A stretch of 63,692 nt of DNA, filler included, from Conidiobolus incongruus B7586 (taxonomy: Eukaryota): assembly GCA_000697335.1 (NCBI GenBank). It is 14 parts of 14 records of this genome, joined end to end, with 100 filler letters (N's around TTAATTAATTAA, not from the genome) between each part and the next. Parts side by side here need not be neighbours in the genome. Positions count along the whole stretch, not along the records: positions 25,145 to 29,881 come from JNEM01007358.1; positions 29,982 to 31,734 come from JNEM01007359.1; positions 31,835 to 33,386 come from JNEM01007360.1; positions 33,487 to 35,327 come from JNEM01007361.1; positions 35,428 to 37,477 come from JNEM01007362.1; positions 37,578 to 40,100 come from JNEM01007363.1; 8 more parts are not named here. One strand, written 5' to 3'. This document shows positions 26,985 to 39,687 of this stretch, one piece after another. The notes beneath the pieces are model-generated. The model was given only the letters and a program-made list of their open reading frames with translations. It made no database searches and was not told the origin of the DNA. Positions within the stretch are counted from its first letter, which is position 1; every line of letters begins with the position of its first letter. A program made the position numbers and the translations under genes.

Positions 26985-28335
26985 TTATTCTGCTTCACTT
27001 TTAGCATCTGATAATGGAGAATATAGTTCAGAACTAGAAAAAGCTTCCAATGCTTGAGGTTCGTATTCAATTTTAAGTTTGGATTCTCCAGTATTGCTAC
27101 TTAAATTGACTTCAGTTTTGACAGAGGTTAGTTGCTTCGAGGGACAGTAATCTTGAACGGGACAGATGTTGCACTTTGGTCGAACTCCACGACAAACGAT
27201 TTGACCAAAACCAACGAATAAACTATTAATCTCTTTCCAATAGTGCTTAGGTAACCAACTTTCTAAAGCCTAATATAGTTAAATGAATTTCATTGGATAA
27301 GGAAGAAATCAAAATATAATTTTACTTGTCTAGTTTCTTCTGGTGTTTTGGTTTTTACCCAATGTAACCTATTACAAATTCTGTCCACATGAACATCAAC
27401 ACCAATTCCAATATTACTAAATATATAATTAGTTAATAATATCATCATTATTAGATTATAAGTATTACTCATCCCAAGCATGCTGTAAAGCCAAATAAGC
27501 CTATTCAAATAAAATTAAATAGAGAACATTAATTATAACTTGAATAAATATACCATTTTAGGACCAACACCAGGTAACGTTAGCAATCCTTTTAGAGTTT
27601 TAGGAATATCACCATCAAAATTTCTGACACAAATTTCAGTTGATTTTTTGATAAAACTAAAAAAGAGTTAATTTATATTGTATTCAATAAAATATATTAC
27701 AACTAAGTACTTTAATTTTTGAGCAGGGAACCTTACTTTTTTAATACATTCAAATAATATATCAGAATTTAACTTATTAACATTATGGGCATTAAATGGT
27801 CCATTAATCGCAGATTTAATTTTGTTCATCGCTTCGTAAGTGTCCTCATCTTTAGTTCGAGAAGATAAAATTAATGAGAGTAAAACATGAAAACGATAAT
27901 CCTTATAATTTAGCAATAATTAAAAATTAAATATTAATAATTTAATTTGAATAATTACTTTTCCTTGAATTTCAGCATTATTAGATTGACTACATCCCAT
28001 ACTATCTACAGGTGCTATATTCTTACTTCTATAATCTTTTATTAATTTATAAACTAATTCCCAATTAGAAGGGGGTATTTTATCTATTATAATAGTTTAA
28101 AGATTATTTATGATAACAAAATTAAAAATTAAATTAAAAAATTACCATATTTAATATTATTTGCATTATTAACAGTGTGTGTTTCTTTCTCAACTTTTAA
28201 TTTTTGGTTATTATTAATATCAATATTATTATTAGTTTTAAGTTTTTTAGATGGTAGTTTTGGAAAAAAGTCTTCTAAAGTATATTTGGTTTTTTTATTC
28301 ACATTTAAATTATATGAAGAATTAGAAGTATTCAT
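26985..28335 (-). CDS. NTH1: Endonuclease III-like DNA glycosylase/AP lyase (HhH-GPD, 4Fe-4S), 7 exons, 338 aa
   Basis: Exons 28335-28146, 28083-27959, 27901-27711, 27656-27554, 27500-27469, 27416-27326, 27269-26985; all introns GT-AG (52-62 nt) and phases join in frame; motifs [15 protein letters not shown], Hh[28 protein letters not shown]-x6-C-x2-C-x5-C ([17 protein letters not shown]). Confidence 0.92.
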
Positions 28336-29981
28336 TGTTTTTGAAATATGTAAAAAACTTTAAAAAATGATAAAGATGCAATATTGAAATCAATCTATTT
28401 ATAGGCATTGTGATCACTTAAAATAAATCAAAGCTCATCGAATTAAATCAAATTCAACTTTCATTTTTAGAATTGAACAGAACATTGCAATAGATGACTG
28501 GTATTTGACATCATTCTATTAACATGATATATAATTTAGCTTATGGGATGATCAAAATGAAATCATTAAAATTTGATTCAATCCAAAGCAATTTTCAATT
28601 AGTTTCCTAAACTGTGAAAAATTGCATTATTTAAAATAATAGCTCTATAGGTCATATAACGTAATATTTTCGAATTCATTAAAACTTATTTATTAATTAT
28701 CAAATAATATTATTGAATACCTTATTGGATTATATACTAATAGGTAACTTATTTTGAATTCTTAGTTGAAATAAAAATATTATAATTCAATTAATATTGT
28801 GATATTAAACAAAATTCATTTGAATATTCATATTGATTATAACAAATCTAAATAATTTATTTCAGAAAATAATCAAAGTTATTTAAGTTTATATAAAAAA
28901 CTATAGTATTATATTTGATGATAATATGATCCTGATGTGAAGTAAGGTTAAGATAGGTTTAGTTATACCTTGGTGGTCTAGTGACTTACACACTAAAATA
29001 TAGTATTTATAATTTATTAATAACAACGGTAATGCCCAATATTAGATATACCCTCCAGATCAAAAGTGCCTGAAATATCAATATAGTTCAACTATATATT
29101 AATACTTATAAGCAGTTAGGTGGCTTAAAATCTGCTTTGTGAACCTTATATGGCTAATATTTAAAAAGAATATTTGATTTTTTAATAGTAGATTTATTAT
29201 TAATTAATTAATTAATAATAATAAAAAGTTCTTAAATATTGATAAAATATAAACTTCTCTGTATACAATATAAAGTGCAATATTAATAATATTTATACTA
29301 TAATTATAAAATTTAACTAATAAATTAAATATTATTATAAGGAAATATTAATATTATATATTGTACTTTTGAACTAATTTATCTTTTTTATTTATAATAT
29401 TATTATAGAAATTAAATAATAATAAAATCATAAAAATAAAATTATAATATACTAATATTCAAAATATCAAATTAATACTATTTTTAATTAAGGATGAATT
29501 TTTATTATAATTTGATATCAATTAACACTCAAAATAGCTTTTTTTGGATTAAAATTATTATAATATTAAGTATGTTTTTTTATAATATTGATATTTTTTA
29601 TTAAATTAAAATTATTATTATTATATTAATTATATTACCAAGACTATTTACAGAATAATAATTTTGTTATGATTTTTGTTTTATAAATTTTGTTAAATTT
29701 TTATTCTATATTGTTTTAATTATCAATTATAATAAAATTACTTTATAAAATCAATATAACTATTAAAAATTAATATCTTTATTTAAATATAATCTATAAT
29801 CTATTATTAAATAATCTTTAATCAAATATTAAATCAAAATTCTTTTATTATTATAGTCTACTCTATTAACCAATATTTATTNNNNNNNNNNNNNNNNNNN
29901 NNNNNNNNNNNNNNNNNNNNNNNNNTTAATTAATTAANNNNNNNNNNNNNNNNNNNNNNNNNNNNNNNNNNNNNNNNNNNN

Positions 29982-30400
29982 AACAAGATCATCCTTTCAT
30001 CGTCGATAAAATCCTCGGCCATAGACGCTATTATAACCAAGATCTATACCTCGTCCAATGGAAAGGATACCCTAAAAATGAAGCTACTTGGGAACGCTAT
30101 AATAGCGTTAAAAAGACCAATGCCTATCATGCCTACGCTGAGAAGCATTCAAAGATTAGAGCGTCTCCTAATAAGGACACCTCAATCTGAGGGGAGTGTC
30201 ATAGATCAGATCACTTTGTCATCATCGTGACACTGTCAATCATATCTGCTTACCTTATCTTATCTCTTTTATCTACTTGATCTTATCTTGTCTAATTTTA
30301 CCTCTGAACCCTCACCAACTTTTACATATAAAAATGGGAACCATTGCCAAATAAACAAGGACTTTTTCCCACACTGTTCACATTGAAACAACTTGTATAC
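29982..30400 (+). mobile_element. 3' end of a second, unmutated chromovirus (family D): chromodomain, PPT and 3' LTR
   Basis: Open frame 29984-30190 QDHPFIVDKILGHRRYYNQDLYLVQWKGYPKNEATWERY...SI*; PPT GAGGGGAG; LTR starts TGTCAT at 30197 with TATAAAA and AATAAA; right end uncertain (~30382-30401). Confidence 0.85.
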
Positions 30401-31258
30401 ATTGCCCTGTTATAATTTTTTAACAATTTATATTTATATCAATAATAATTCAATCTTATGTATTTTAATATTATTAAATTATTTAGTTTTTAATTAATTG
30501 TATTTTAAACCAAATATTATAATTTTTTTAATATTTTAAATAAATTTTTATTTTTAAATTAAAAAATTATATTGTATAATGAAAATTTTATAGTATCATA
30601 TATATAATAATGCCTAATATTTGTCAATAATATATATCTATCATATTAATATTTTTCATGGTGGTTACTTTTAACTATTAATGATAATATATATTTTGAA
30701 TTAATTTCCAGAAATTATCTATTGATAAAATATATTATTAAATAAGTTTATTGTTATATTTTTAATTTGGATAAAAATATCAATAAATATAAGATGGTTT
30801 ATAAGATGGTTTATAATATAGGTTTATTGATTTTTTAATTTATATTTTCATAAAAAAAATTATATCAAAGCAAAAATAATTTGAATTTGATAATTAATAT
30901 TTTGTTAATTTTTTAAAGACAAAATTATATATCAAAAATAATTGCTTAAATCTTTATATATATTATTATTATTTTTCTTAAAATTACACCTTTGATTTTA
31001 AAAATATAAAGTTATAATATTATTTAATATATTTTCTGTAATTATAATTTTTAAGTTATTAAAATAATTATATTTATAAGGGTTAATAATTATTAATTTA
31101 ATGGATATGATATTAATGAATAGTTTTATAATTAACAAATTTTTGATAATTTTTGTTATATATATTAATTTATCAAAATAATTGATAAAATTAAAATCAT
31201 TTATATTTTTACTTATATTATAAAAAATCTGAATCAAATTAGTTTAAATTAAAATATA

Positions 31259-31328
31259 TATTGACCTATAAAAGTAAGTTATAAAATCAAAAATATATAT
31301 ATTTTAATTAATAACTAAAATAATTATA
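31259..31328 (+). mobile_element. Older mutated Tc1 terminal fragment
   Basis: TATTGACCTATAAAAGTAAGTTATAAAATCAAAAATATATATATTTTAATTAATAACTAAAA is a transition-mutated version of the TIR starting at 31329. Confidence 0.75.
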
Positions 31329-31734
31329 CACTAACCTGCAAAAATGAGTCATAAAATCAAAAATATATATATTTTAATTAATAACTAAAACAATTGTATA
31401 TATTAGATTACTTGAAACTATAATATATAATTAAGGTATATTATTTAATAATAAATAAATATATTTAGATATATTTAGTAAACTATTAGCAAAAATATTA
31501 ACCTTTAATATTTAACCAAGGTGAGTCATAAATTTGTGGGTTTTTGAGATAAGGGGATATATTTAACAATATATAACCATATCTTTTTTCTCTCTTTGCT
31601 ATTATTTTATATAATATTTTACAGATATACTAAATTCTTTTTATTAGTATCATTATGCCTAAATCCCTCTCTAAAAAAATCCACTTACACATCAATCAAC
31701 TTTATAAAGAAGGTAAATCAACTCATGATATTGC
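31329..31734 (+). mobile_element. 5' part of a less-mutated Tc1-family element (to gap)
   Basis: TA|CACTAACCTGCAAAA TIR; inner repeat AAGGTGAGTCATAAATTTGTGGG at ~31518; transposase start MPKSLSKKIHLHINQLYKEGKSTHDI from ATG ~31655. Confidence 0.85.
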
Positions 31735-31834
31735 NNNNNNNNNNNNNNNNNNNNNNNNNNNNNNNNNNNNNNNNNNNNTTAATTAATTAANNNNNNNNNN
31801 NNNNNNNNNNNNNNNNNNNNNNNNNNNNNNNNNN

Positions 31835-32406
31835 ATAATTAAGTCTAAATCTATTAGGAATAAGCCTTATTTTTATGTAAAATGGATGGGTTATCCTATT
31901 GAAGAAGCTACATGGGAACCTCTAGAAAATATTAAGAATACCTCAGCCTATCATACCTATTTGCAAAAAATTAGGGAGTGTGTCTCCTCTAAGAGACCCA
32001 CTGGGGAGGTGTTAAGAGACTAGTTCTCTAAATTCTTATATACACTTTATATAATCCAATTAACTATAAATTATATGATTAATTTATACTTATATAGTTA
32101 AATTAATTGTATAAATAGTATTAAATTATCTAATAAACTAGGTTCCTCTTTTTCCTCTCAATTCTTACTATTTTTACCTTTACACTATTTCTAAGATTGA
32201 GACTATATTCTGTCGATATTGTAGGATATTGGCACTACCTAATATAAATCTTAATATATCGGTGACTCATCCTAGTTCGAAGCTTAATTAAACTTTGTTT
32301 ACACTTGCACGCTACAGCCACATTATATTACCACGTTCTGCGCCACACTACTTTTATATTAAGTCTTCCTCTACACTATATTAGTTTAACTACCACTACG
32401 CTTACA
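31835..32406 (+). mobile_element. 3' end of a younger Gypsy family A copy: chromodomain, PPT and 3' LTR (32010-32406)
   Basis: PYFYVKWMGYPIEEATWEPLENIKN; PPT GGGGAGG; TGTTAAG...CTTACA; CpGs retained. Confidence 0.92.
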
Positions 32407-33386
32407 ATTATACTTATATAATAATAATAATAAAATTATTAAAATCTTATTAGAAAATTAATAACTATTTATATCAACTTTATTTATTATTATTTTAAAT
32501 TTTATCTATAATTTATTTTATTTAAATTTAATATTATATATTATAATATTATTAAAACAAATACCCTTATGTTATTTTAATAATGATAATAATTTAATTA
32601 CTAATTGAATTTAATATTTAACCTTTAAAAACTTATTACCCTTTAAAAAACTTATATTAAATAATTTTTAATTAAGAAAAATATAACCTAAAAAGCTTAA
32701 ATTTAATAAACTAATAAATTTATTATTGTTAATATATTAAATCATCTTTTTAATATTTTTAAGAATAAACTAACCATTTGTGATAATTTTAAAATTTTTT
32801 TGAAGCTTAAAATTTATTTAAAAAATATAAAAAATTATTTTAATTTTTAATAAAAATTTACAAATATCTTTAAATCAACTATTTTTTTAAGAAAAATTTA
32901 GCTATATTTAATAATCAAACTATTATAATGGTAATTTTTAAAAGCCTTTATAAATTTAAAAATTATTGTAAAAATATAAAAAATTACCTTAATTTAATTA
33001 TTAATTAAAATTTAAATAATATCCTTAGATTAACCATTTTTTTCAAAAAATTTATTTATATTTTATACTTAACTTAATATAAACTAAAACTTAAATCTTT
33101 AAATAGATAATCTCCTATAAAAATATAAATTTTTAAATAATTAGAAAAAATCTTTAATAAAATATTACTAAAAAAATCAAGTTTAATTAATAAAAAAAAG
33201 CTTCCTTAACTCAAATAAGAAACTTTTATAAGGTAATTGATTAAGAAATTCAATAAGATATATTTAAATATATCAAATATCATAAAAAAATCAATTTATA
33301 AATTATTATAATGATTTAATTTTAAAGTAAAGCTTTAATTAGTCAATAAAAAATACTTTAATAATATATCATTTTTTAACCAATAT
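32407..33386 (+). mobile_element. Extremely mutated Gypsy family A relic (LTR end, PBS region and gag)
   Basis: Collinear with ~17011-17850; serves as the target of the younger copy. Confidence 0.8.
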
Positions 33387-35427
33387 NNNNNNNNNNNNNN
33401 NNNNNNNNNNNNNNNNNNNNNNNNNNNNNNTTAATTAATTAANNNNNNNNNNNNNNNNNNNNNNNNNNNNNNNNNNNNNNNNNNNNAAAATATTAACTAT
33501 ATTTTTTATAATTCATATATTTATGATAGTAAAATATTAATTTAATTTTAATAAATTGTTTAGGCTAACTAATTTAGCTAAAATATTAAAACCTTCATAT
33601 AATTATATAAAAGGCATTTAAATAGACTTAATATTAAATAATAGTTAATTATTATATTTGCTTAATTAAATATTTTTAAAAGTTTATATATATATAAATA
33701 TTTCATTTAATATTATATATATAATAAAGTAAATATAAATTAAGATTAAATTTAACTATTATATTAATATATTAATATATTAATCATTATATAAAACTAT
33801 AATACAAGTTTTACTTAAATAAATAAAATAAACCACTTATCAAAAAGACCTTAATGACGTAAAAACTATAATAAAACTACTTTCCATACTTAAATACTTT
33901 GAATATTTCAAAAAAAAGCCGTAAATATATACTTAAAATAAAAATCCTTTTTACTAAAGATCATATTTAAATAAGAAAATTATATGATAATAAATATATT
34001 TTTAGAAATAAGTTTATTAAAGAAATTAATTTTTTTTAAAGTTTAAACAATATATTTTATTGATATTTCTGGCTTTTATAAATAAACTTAATAAAACTTT
34101 ATTGGATGATATATTCTGAGAAATTTCAAAAATAACAATCTAGTAAAAATAAGTAGATTAATCATTCAAATTTGATTAAAATAACTATTTAATTTAGGTT
34201 AATTAAAAAATTCAAACCTATAATTAAAGTTTTTAATTAGCAATAGTTAGTTATATATTAGTTTTATATTCATATTTAACTTTTATAGAACCTGGATATT
34301 AATAAACTAAATACAGATTTAATACTTAGAATTAATAAACTAAATATAATATTATTATAATTAATTTTTACTTAAGGAGTTATAAAACAAAATGTTAAAT
34401 AACCACCAAACAGAAATAACGAGCTATTATTTTATTTTGACCTTTATCCTTGATTTATATTTATTAATTAAAATTGAAATATTAGAGATTAAAATATAAT
34501 TAATAGTGATATTAATGGCTTAGAATATGACTTTTTGAAATAATAAATAATAAACACAAATTTTAATATAATCTAATTAATAAATTTAATAGGAAAATAG
34601 TTAAAAACTTTATTAATATATAATTTATTTTATGTCTTATAAATATTATTAATATATTGAAATAATTTTAATTATTAATTTATTAATATAGATTTTGATT
34701 AAATTATCCATTTATACTAAACATAATATTAAATAAACTATTAGTATTAAATTTGTAATTTTGTTTATCGAAATCTTTTAAGTAATTTTGATTAATTATA
34801 TTTAATTTCTAATTTTGATAGTTGAATTATAATTTTATATTAATACTAATTTAAAAAGATTTATTTCATAATTTGTTAATTAGCTGTTAAACACTAAAAT
34901 TAAAACTATATAGTTAATTTAGTTAATAAATAATTACAAAAAAGTCAAATATATCTTTAATAACTAATAAACAATTAAATATTCAAAATAATAATCAGAA
35001 AATATTTTATAAAATAATCTTAAATTGTTATTTATTTTGAACAATATAAAAATATTAACTATTATATAAAAAGTTTTAAGAATTCATTATGATAATCAAA
35101 AGCTAAATAATTAACCAATTAAGAATAATATTATTATTTTATTAAATATTAAATATTAAATATAATTAAAAAGATATTATTATTAATAAATCTAAACTTA
35201 TATATTGTTAATAATTTATTATTAAATAATACTAATAATGATCAGAAAATAACTCTTGAATAATTATTAAATCTATTCAAATAACTGGTAATATTGTTAT
35301 ATTAAATTAATTAATTTATTATATTTTNNNNNNNNNNNNNNNNNNNNNNNNNNNNNNNNNNNNNNNNNNNNTTAATTAATTAANNNNNNNNNNNNNNNNN
35401 NNNNNNNNNNNNNNNNNNNNNNNNNNN

Positions 35428-37477
35428 TAATATAAATTTTTTAAAAAATAATAAACTTTTAAAAATTAAAGTCTTAAATTCACTTAATAATTAAGATATT
35501 ATCATTATTAAAATAATATAAAGTATCTTTCTTTTAATAGTATTATAATATATATTATTAGATTTAAATATAATAAATTATATATAAAATTTAAGTTAAT
35601 AATAAATATATTTAATATAAATAATTATTAGTTTTTAATATAAATTTTTAATAGTTTTTTTGTTAATATTATACACTAACCTGCAAAAGTGAGTCATAAA
35701 ATCAAAAACACCTATATTTTTACTAATAACTTGATTAATATTTAATGAAATAAACCTAAATTAAATAATTAAAATCTATTATATTTATTAGTTATATATA
35801 TCATTAAATGATAATATTTAGCTATTAATTCACTAAAATATAAACCTTTAAATTTTACCTAAGGTGAGTCATAAATTTGTGGGTTTTTGGTGATAAAAAA
35901 AAATTAAAACCTAATGTATCTACCTTTAGCTTTTCTAACTTCTTTAAGTTTGTGGGGTATAGAATCAACTAACTTCTTACATTAGGAAGGGTTAATCTTG
36001 TTCCATGCTTCTTGAATATATTCCTAAAGTTGATCTAAATTTTTTGCTGGGGGGAAAGCTTTAATAGCTTTTTTTAACTGATCCCAAAGGTGTTCAATTA
36101 GATTAAAGTTAAGAGATTGAAGAAGCTACTTCATAACTGTTATCTTGTTATTTTTAAGCTATTTGGTAGTAGAAGCTGTAGTATAGTAAAAGGTATTATC
36201 TTGCTAGAAAATAACATTAGATTTGTTTAACCTATATTATTCAATGGTTTTTTTCAATTCATTGTTCAGAATACTTTAGTACATCTCAACATTAATTCCC
36301 CTATTAACTTTACAAAGATATCCTACACCTGAAGACAACATATATCCCTAAACAATAATTGACCCACCACTATACTTTTGGGTAAAATTAACATAATGGT
36401 CACAAAGTAGTTTTGTATCTTTTCTGAAGCATCTAGCTTTTTTATTAGATCCACTAAAATATATTTTTGTTTCATCAGACTAAATAACCTTACTCTAATC
36501 AGTTTTAGTTCAACATTGGTGGTGACATTTAAACTCCTACCTAACTTTACAGTGGGATTTCTTTAATTGGGGGTGTTTTTTCTTAAAGTGTGAGTAGTAT
36601 CTATGCTAATGTAAAGCACATATAATAGTATCAGTGCTAACTAATATTCCTGTATAGTTTTACAATTCCTGCTATATTTCTACAGTAGTACCACACTTAC
36701 TTGTACTAACTAACCTACAAATATACTTCTTATCATGTTTATCTATAATCTTAGCACACCTAAGTTTAAGTTTAAATGTTTCTTTATTGCTATTCTTAAC
36801 AGCTTTAGCTATAATAGACTAACTAACACTAGTAATTCTAGCAATATCATGAGTTGATTTACCTTCTTTATAAAGTTGATTAATACACAAGTAGATTTTT
36901 TTAGAGAGGGATTTAAGTATAATGATACTAATAAAAAAAATTTAGTATATCTGTAAAATATTATATAAAATAATAGCAAAAAGAGAAAAAAGATATAGTT
37001 ATATATTGTTAAATATATCCCCTTATCTCAAAAACCTGCAAATTTATAACTCACCTTGGTTAAATATTAAGGGTTAATATTTTTGCTAATAGTTTACTAA
37101 ATATATCTAAATATATTTATCTATTATTAAATAATATACCTTAATTATATATTATAGTTTCAAGTAATCTAATATATACAATTGTTTTAGTTATTAATTA
37201 AAATATATATATTTTTGATTTTATAACTCACTTTTGCAGGTTAGTGTATAAATATAATAATAAAAGGTTATTAACAAAGTATAATAGAAAACTTAATATA
37301 AAAATAATACAATATAAAATATAATAATATAATATAAGATAGTAAATAAAGTTTAATTAAGTTTTAAATTAAAATAAGTCAATTATATATTAAAATTTAT
37401 ATTAGGTAATATAAATATATTGTAATATTAATAAAATATAGTTTTAATCTCAAAAATAATAAAATAGTTAAGAAATA
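35428..37477 (-). mobile_element. Degenerate Gypsy family A relic (leader/gag 35428-35673, LTR 37247-37477) split by a Tc1 insertion
   Basis: Left piece is the reverse complement of ~17025-17260; right piece matches the LTR (e.g. AAAGTTTAATTAAG, AACTTAATATAAAA). Confidence 0.7.
35674..37246 (-). mobile_element. Full-length inactivated Tc1-family (DD34E) transposon, 1573 bp, IR-DR ends
   Basis: TA|CACTAACCTGCAAAAGTGAG...CTCACTTTTGCAGGTTAGTG|TA; motifs VI*SDETK, GGSIIV*G, F*QDN, NLIEHLWDQLK with 34 residues D-to-E; start ATG mutated to ATA. Confidence 0.93.
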
Positions 37478-38377
37478 NNNNNNNNNNNNNNNNNNNNNNN
37501 NNNNNNNNNNNNNNNNNNNNNTTAATTAATTAANNNNNNNNNNNNNNNNNNNNNNNNNNNNNNNNNNNNNNNNNNNNTTATAATTTTATTTTGAATAATA
37601 TTAATTATAATAAATTAATTAATATAAATAACTCTAATAATATTATAAAATAATTTATTATAATTATATAATTAAATAAAATATAGGTGAATTCTTTAAT
37701 AAAGGATTTCAATATCATAATATTATTAATAATATTTTAAAATCAAAATAAAAATATGATGATAATATAAATAAGAAAAAATTAAAATATATTTTCATTT
37801 TAAATAGCTTTTATATTTATAAACCTATCCCAAATCCATATATACTCTCAGATCTCCCATAAATCACAATACGACTCACTTTCCTATAAAGAGTTAGATA
37901 ATATAATTTTTTTGCAATAATGGACTTTAGTGTGGTTATTTTGTTAATAAGTCTTTCCAGGTTTTAATTTCCTTTGCATTTTGACTCTACTTAATTAGTC
38001 TAATAAATCTAATATTTATCCATTACAAAACCTAAAATTTATAACTTATTTTGATAAAAATATAATTTTTTATTTATTAGCCAATATTGATTTAAATAAA
38101 ATCAGATAAAGTATTATAATTTTATATATCAAATTAAGTTAATTAAAATTAGTTAAATTATAGGTTAATATATATATGATTTTTATTTTATAATATATTT
38201 TTATAAATTAATATATATATATATATAGATATATAATAATTTATAAAAAAAATTAATAAAACTATAATTATATATATTGATTAATAATTATATTAATTCT
38301 TAATAAAACCAACCCAAAATAAATCTTATAATAGATATATATTATATATTTATAATAAAACATATTTGACTTAAATA

Positions 38378-39687
38378 TTACTCTGTATTTTTAATAATGG
38401 GAATTTTTTGTGATTAAAAATAAATAAACATTTGAATATATGATATATCAAAATAAATATATAATATAAATTTAATAGTTTCTTTTATTATTAATAGCTT
38501 TTTGCTATACTTTTAGCAAACTTCTAACACCTAAAAAACAGTTCTTTTTATTAAAGACTAAAATTTGATATTTTACAAACCAATTAAATTTTCCTGCAGA
38601 AATTTTCTTTCCTGCAAGCTGGTTTTTTAATTGCCTAAAGCAATTATAATCACATAGGTTATAATCAGGGGAATATACTAGATATGGTAATTCTTTCCTG
38701 TTATTTTTAATTAGAAAGTTTTTTACAGCTTTAGATTTATGTATTTTGCAATTATCATGCAAAATAATAGGTTTTCTCAAATTATATTAAGAACACCAAT
38801 TAGAAATACTTTTATTTAAAAAACAATATATAATTTACTATTAATTGATTTTCCTTCAGGAACTAAATAAGAATAGCATATACCATTATAATTTATTACA
38901 ATAATTAACATTTGTTTATTAACAAAATATTTATTTAAAGGGATTTGTAGAGGGGGTTGATTTAGCTTAATCCAGCATCTTGATTTGTGTTTTGGTAAAG
39001 GATTATACATAGGGATTTAAGATTCATCAATTGTAATTATTTGCTGTAAAAGTCTAGGCTTCTGGTAATATTTCAATAGGTTTTGTTTAACAATAGCTAC
39101 TCTAGCTTTTTTTAAGCTTTAGTTAAATTATAAGGTATCTATTTTATATTTTTATTTCTTAATTTTAGTTTAAACTTTAAAATATATAAAATACTTGTAA
39201 AACTAATATTAAAGTGATTAGAAAATTCTCTAGTTGAAATAAAAAGGTGCTTTTCAATATATTTTTTTACTCTATTTACAATTGAAAAAGTAACAGTTAA
39301 ATTTGGTTTTCCAGATTTTAACAGGTTTTGAATAGTTTCTCTCCTAGCCTTAAAGTAATTTACCTAGTGATAAATTGTTGATTTAGATAATGCTTCATTA
39401 CTAAAAGCTGCTTGTAAATTTTAAATAATTTTAGAGGGTTTATGGTTAAGTTTTAATAATACCAAAATAAAAAACTTTTGATGATCACTATTTGGTTTAA
39501 GCATGATTAAATTAAACAACCAATTTTAAAAAGTTAATTTTTTAATCAAAAAAACTAATATATATATATATATATTAAAAATATATAATTTCCTATTAAC
39601 TTTTTATATATTTATTCATTTCAAACTAATAATATGTTTGAAAAATCAGAAATTAAAAAATTTCCCATTATTTCAAATTCAAGGTAA
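38378..39687 (-). mobile_element. Full-length mariner (DD34D), 1310 bp; transposase pseudogene ~39504-38472
   Basis: TA on both sides; imperfect ~30-bp TIRs; IITIDES*IPMYNP and HDNCKIH...YSPDYNLCDY; explains ORFs 38505-38780 and 38816-39010. Confidence 0.93.

Noticed and set aside
27290..28335. Three separate small ORFs (27290-27508, 27668-27916, 28129-28335)
   Set aside because: They are exon pieces plus intron read-through of the single NTH1-like gene.
28930..29150. Small GC-richer patches (28930-29150, 46300-46450, 59930-60120) as possible ncRNA or LTRs
   Set aside because: No tRNA, rRNA or snRNA signature, termini, TSD or second copy that I could support.
37868..37880. AATACGACTCACT, 13-nt match to the T7 promoter core
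   Set aside because: Lacks the flanking T and ATAG and there is no other vector sequence; treated as a chance match.
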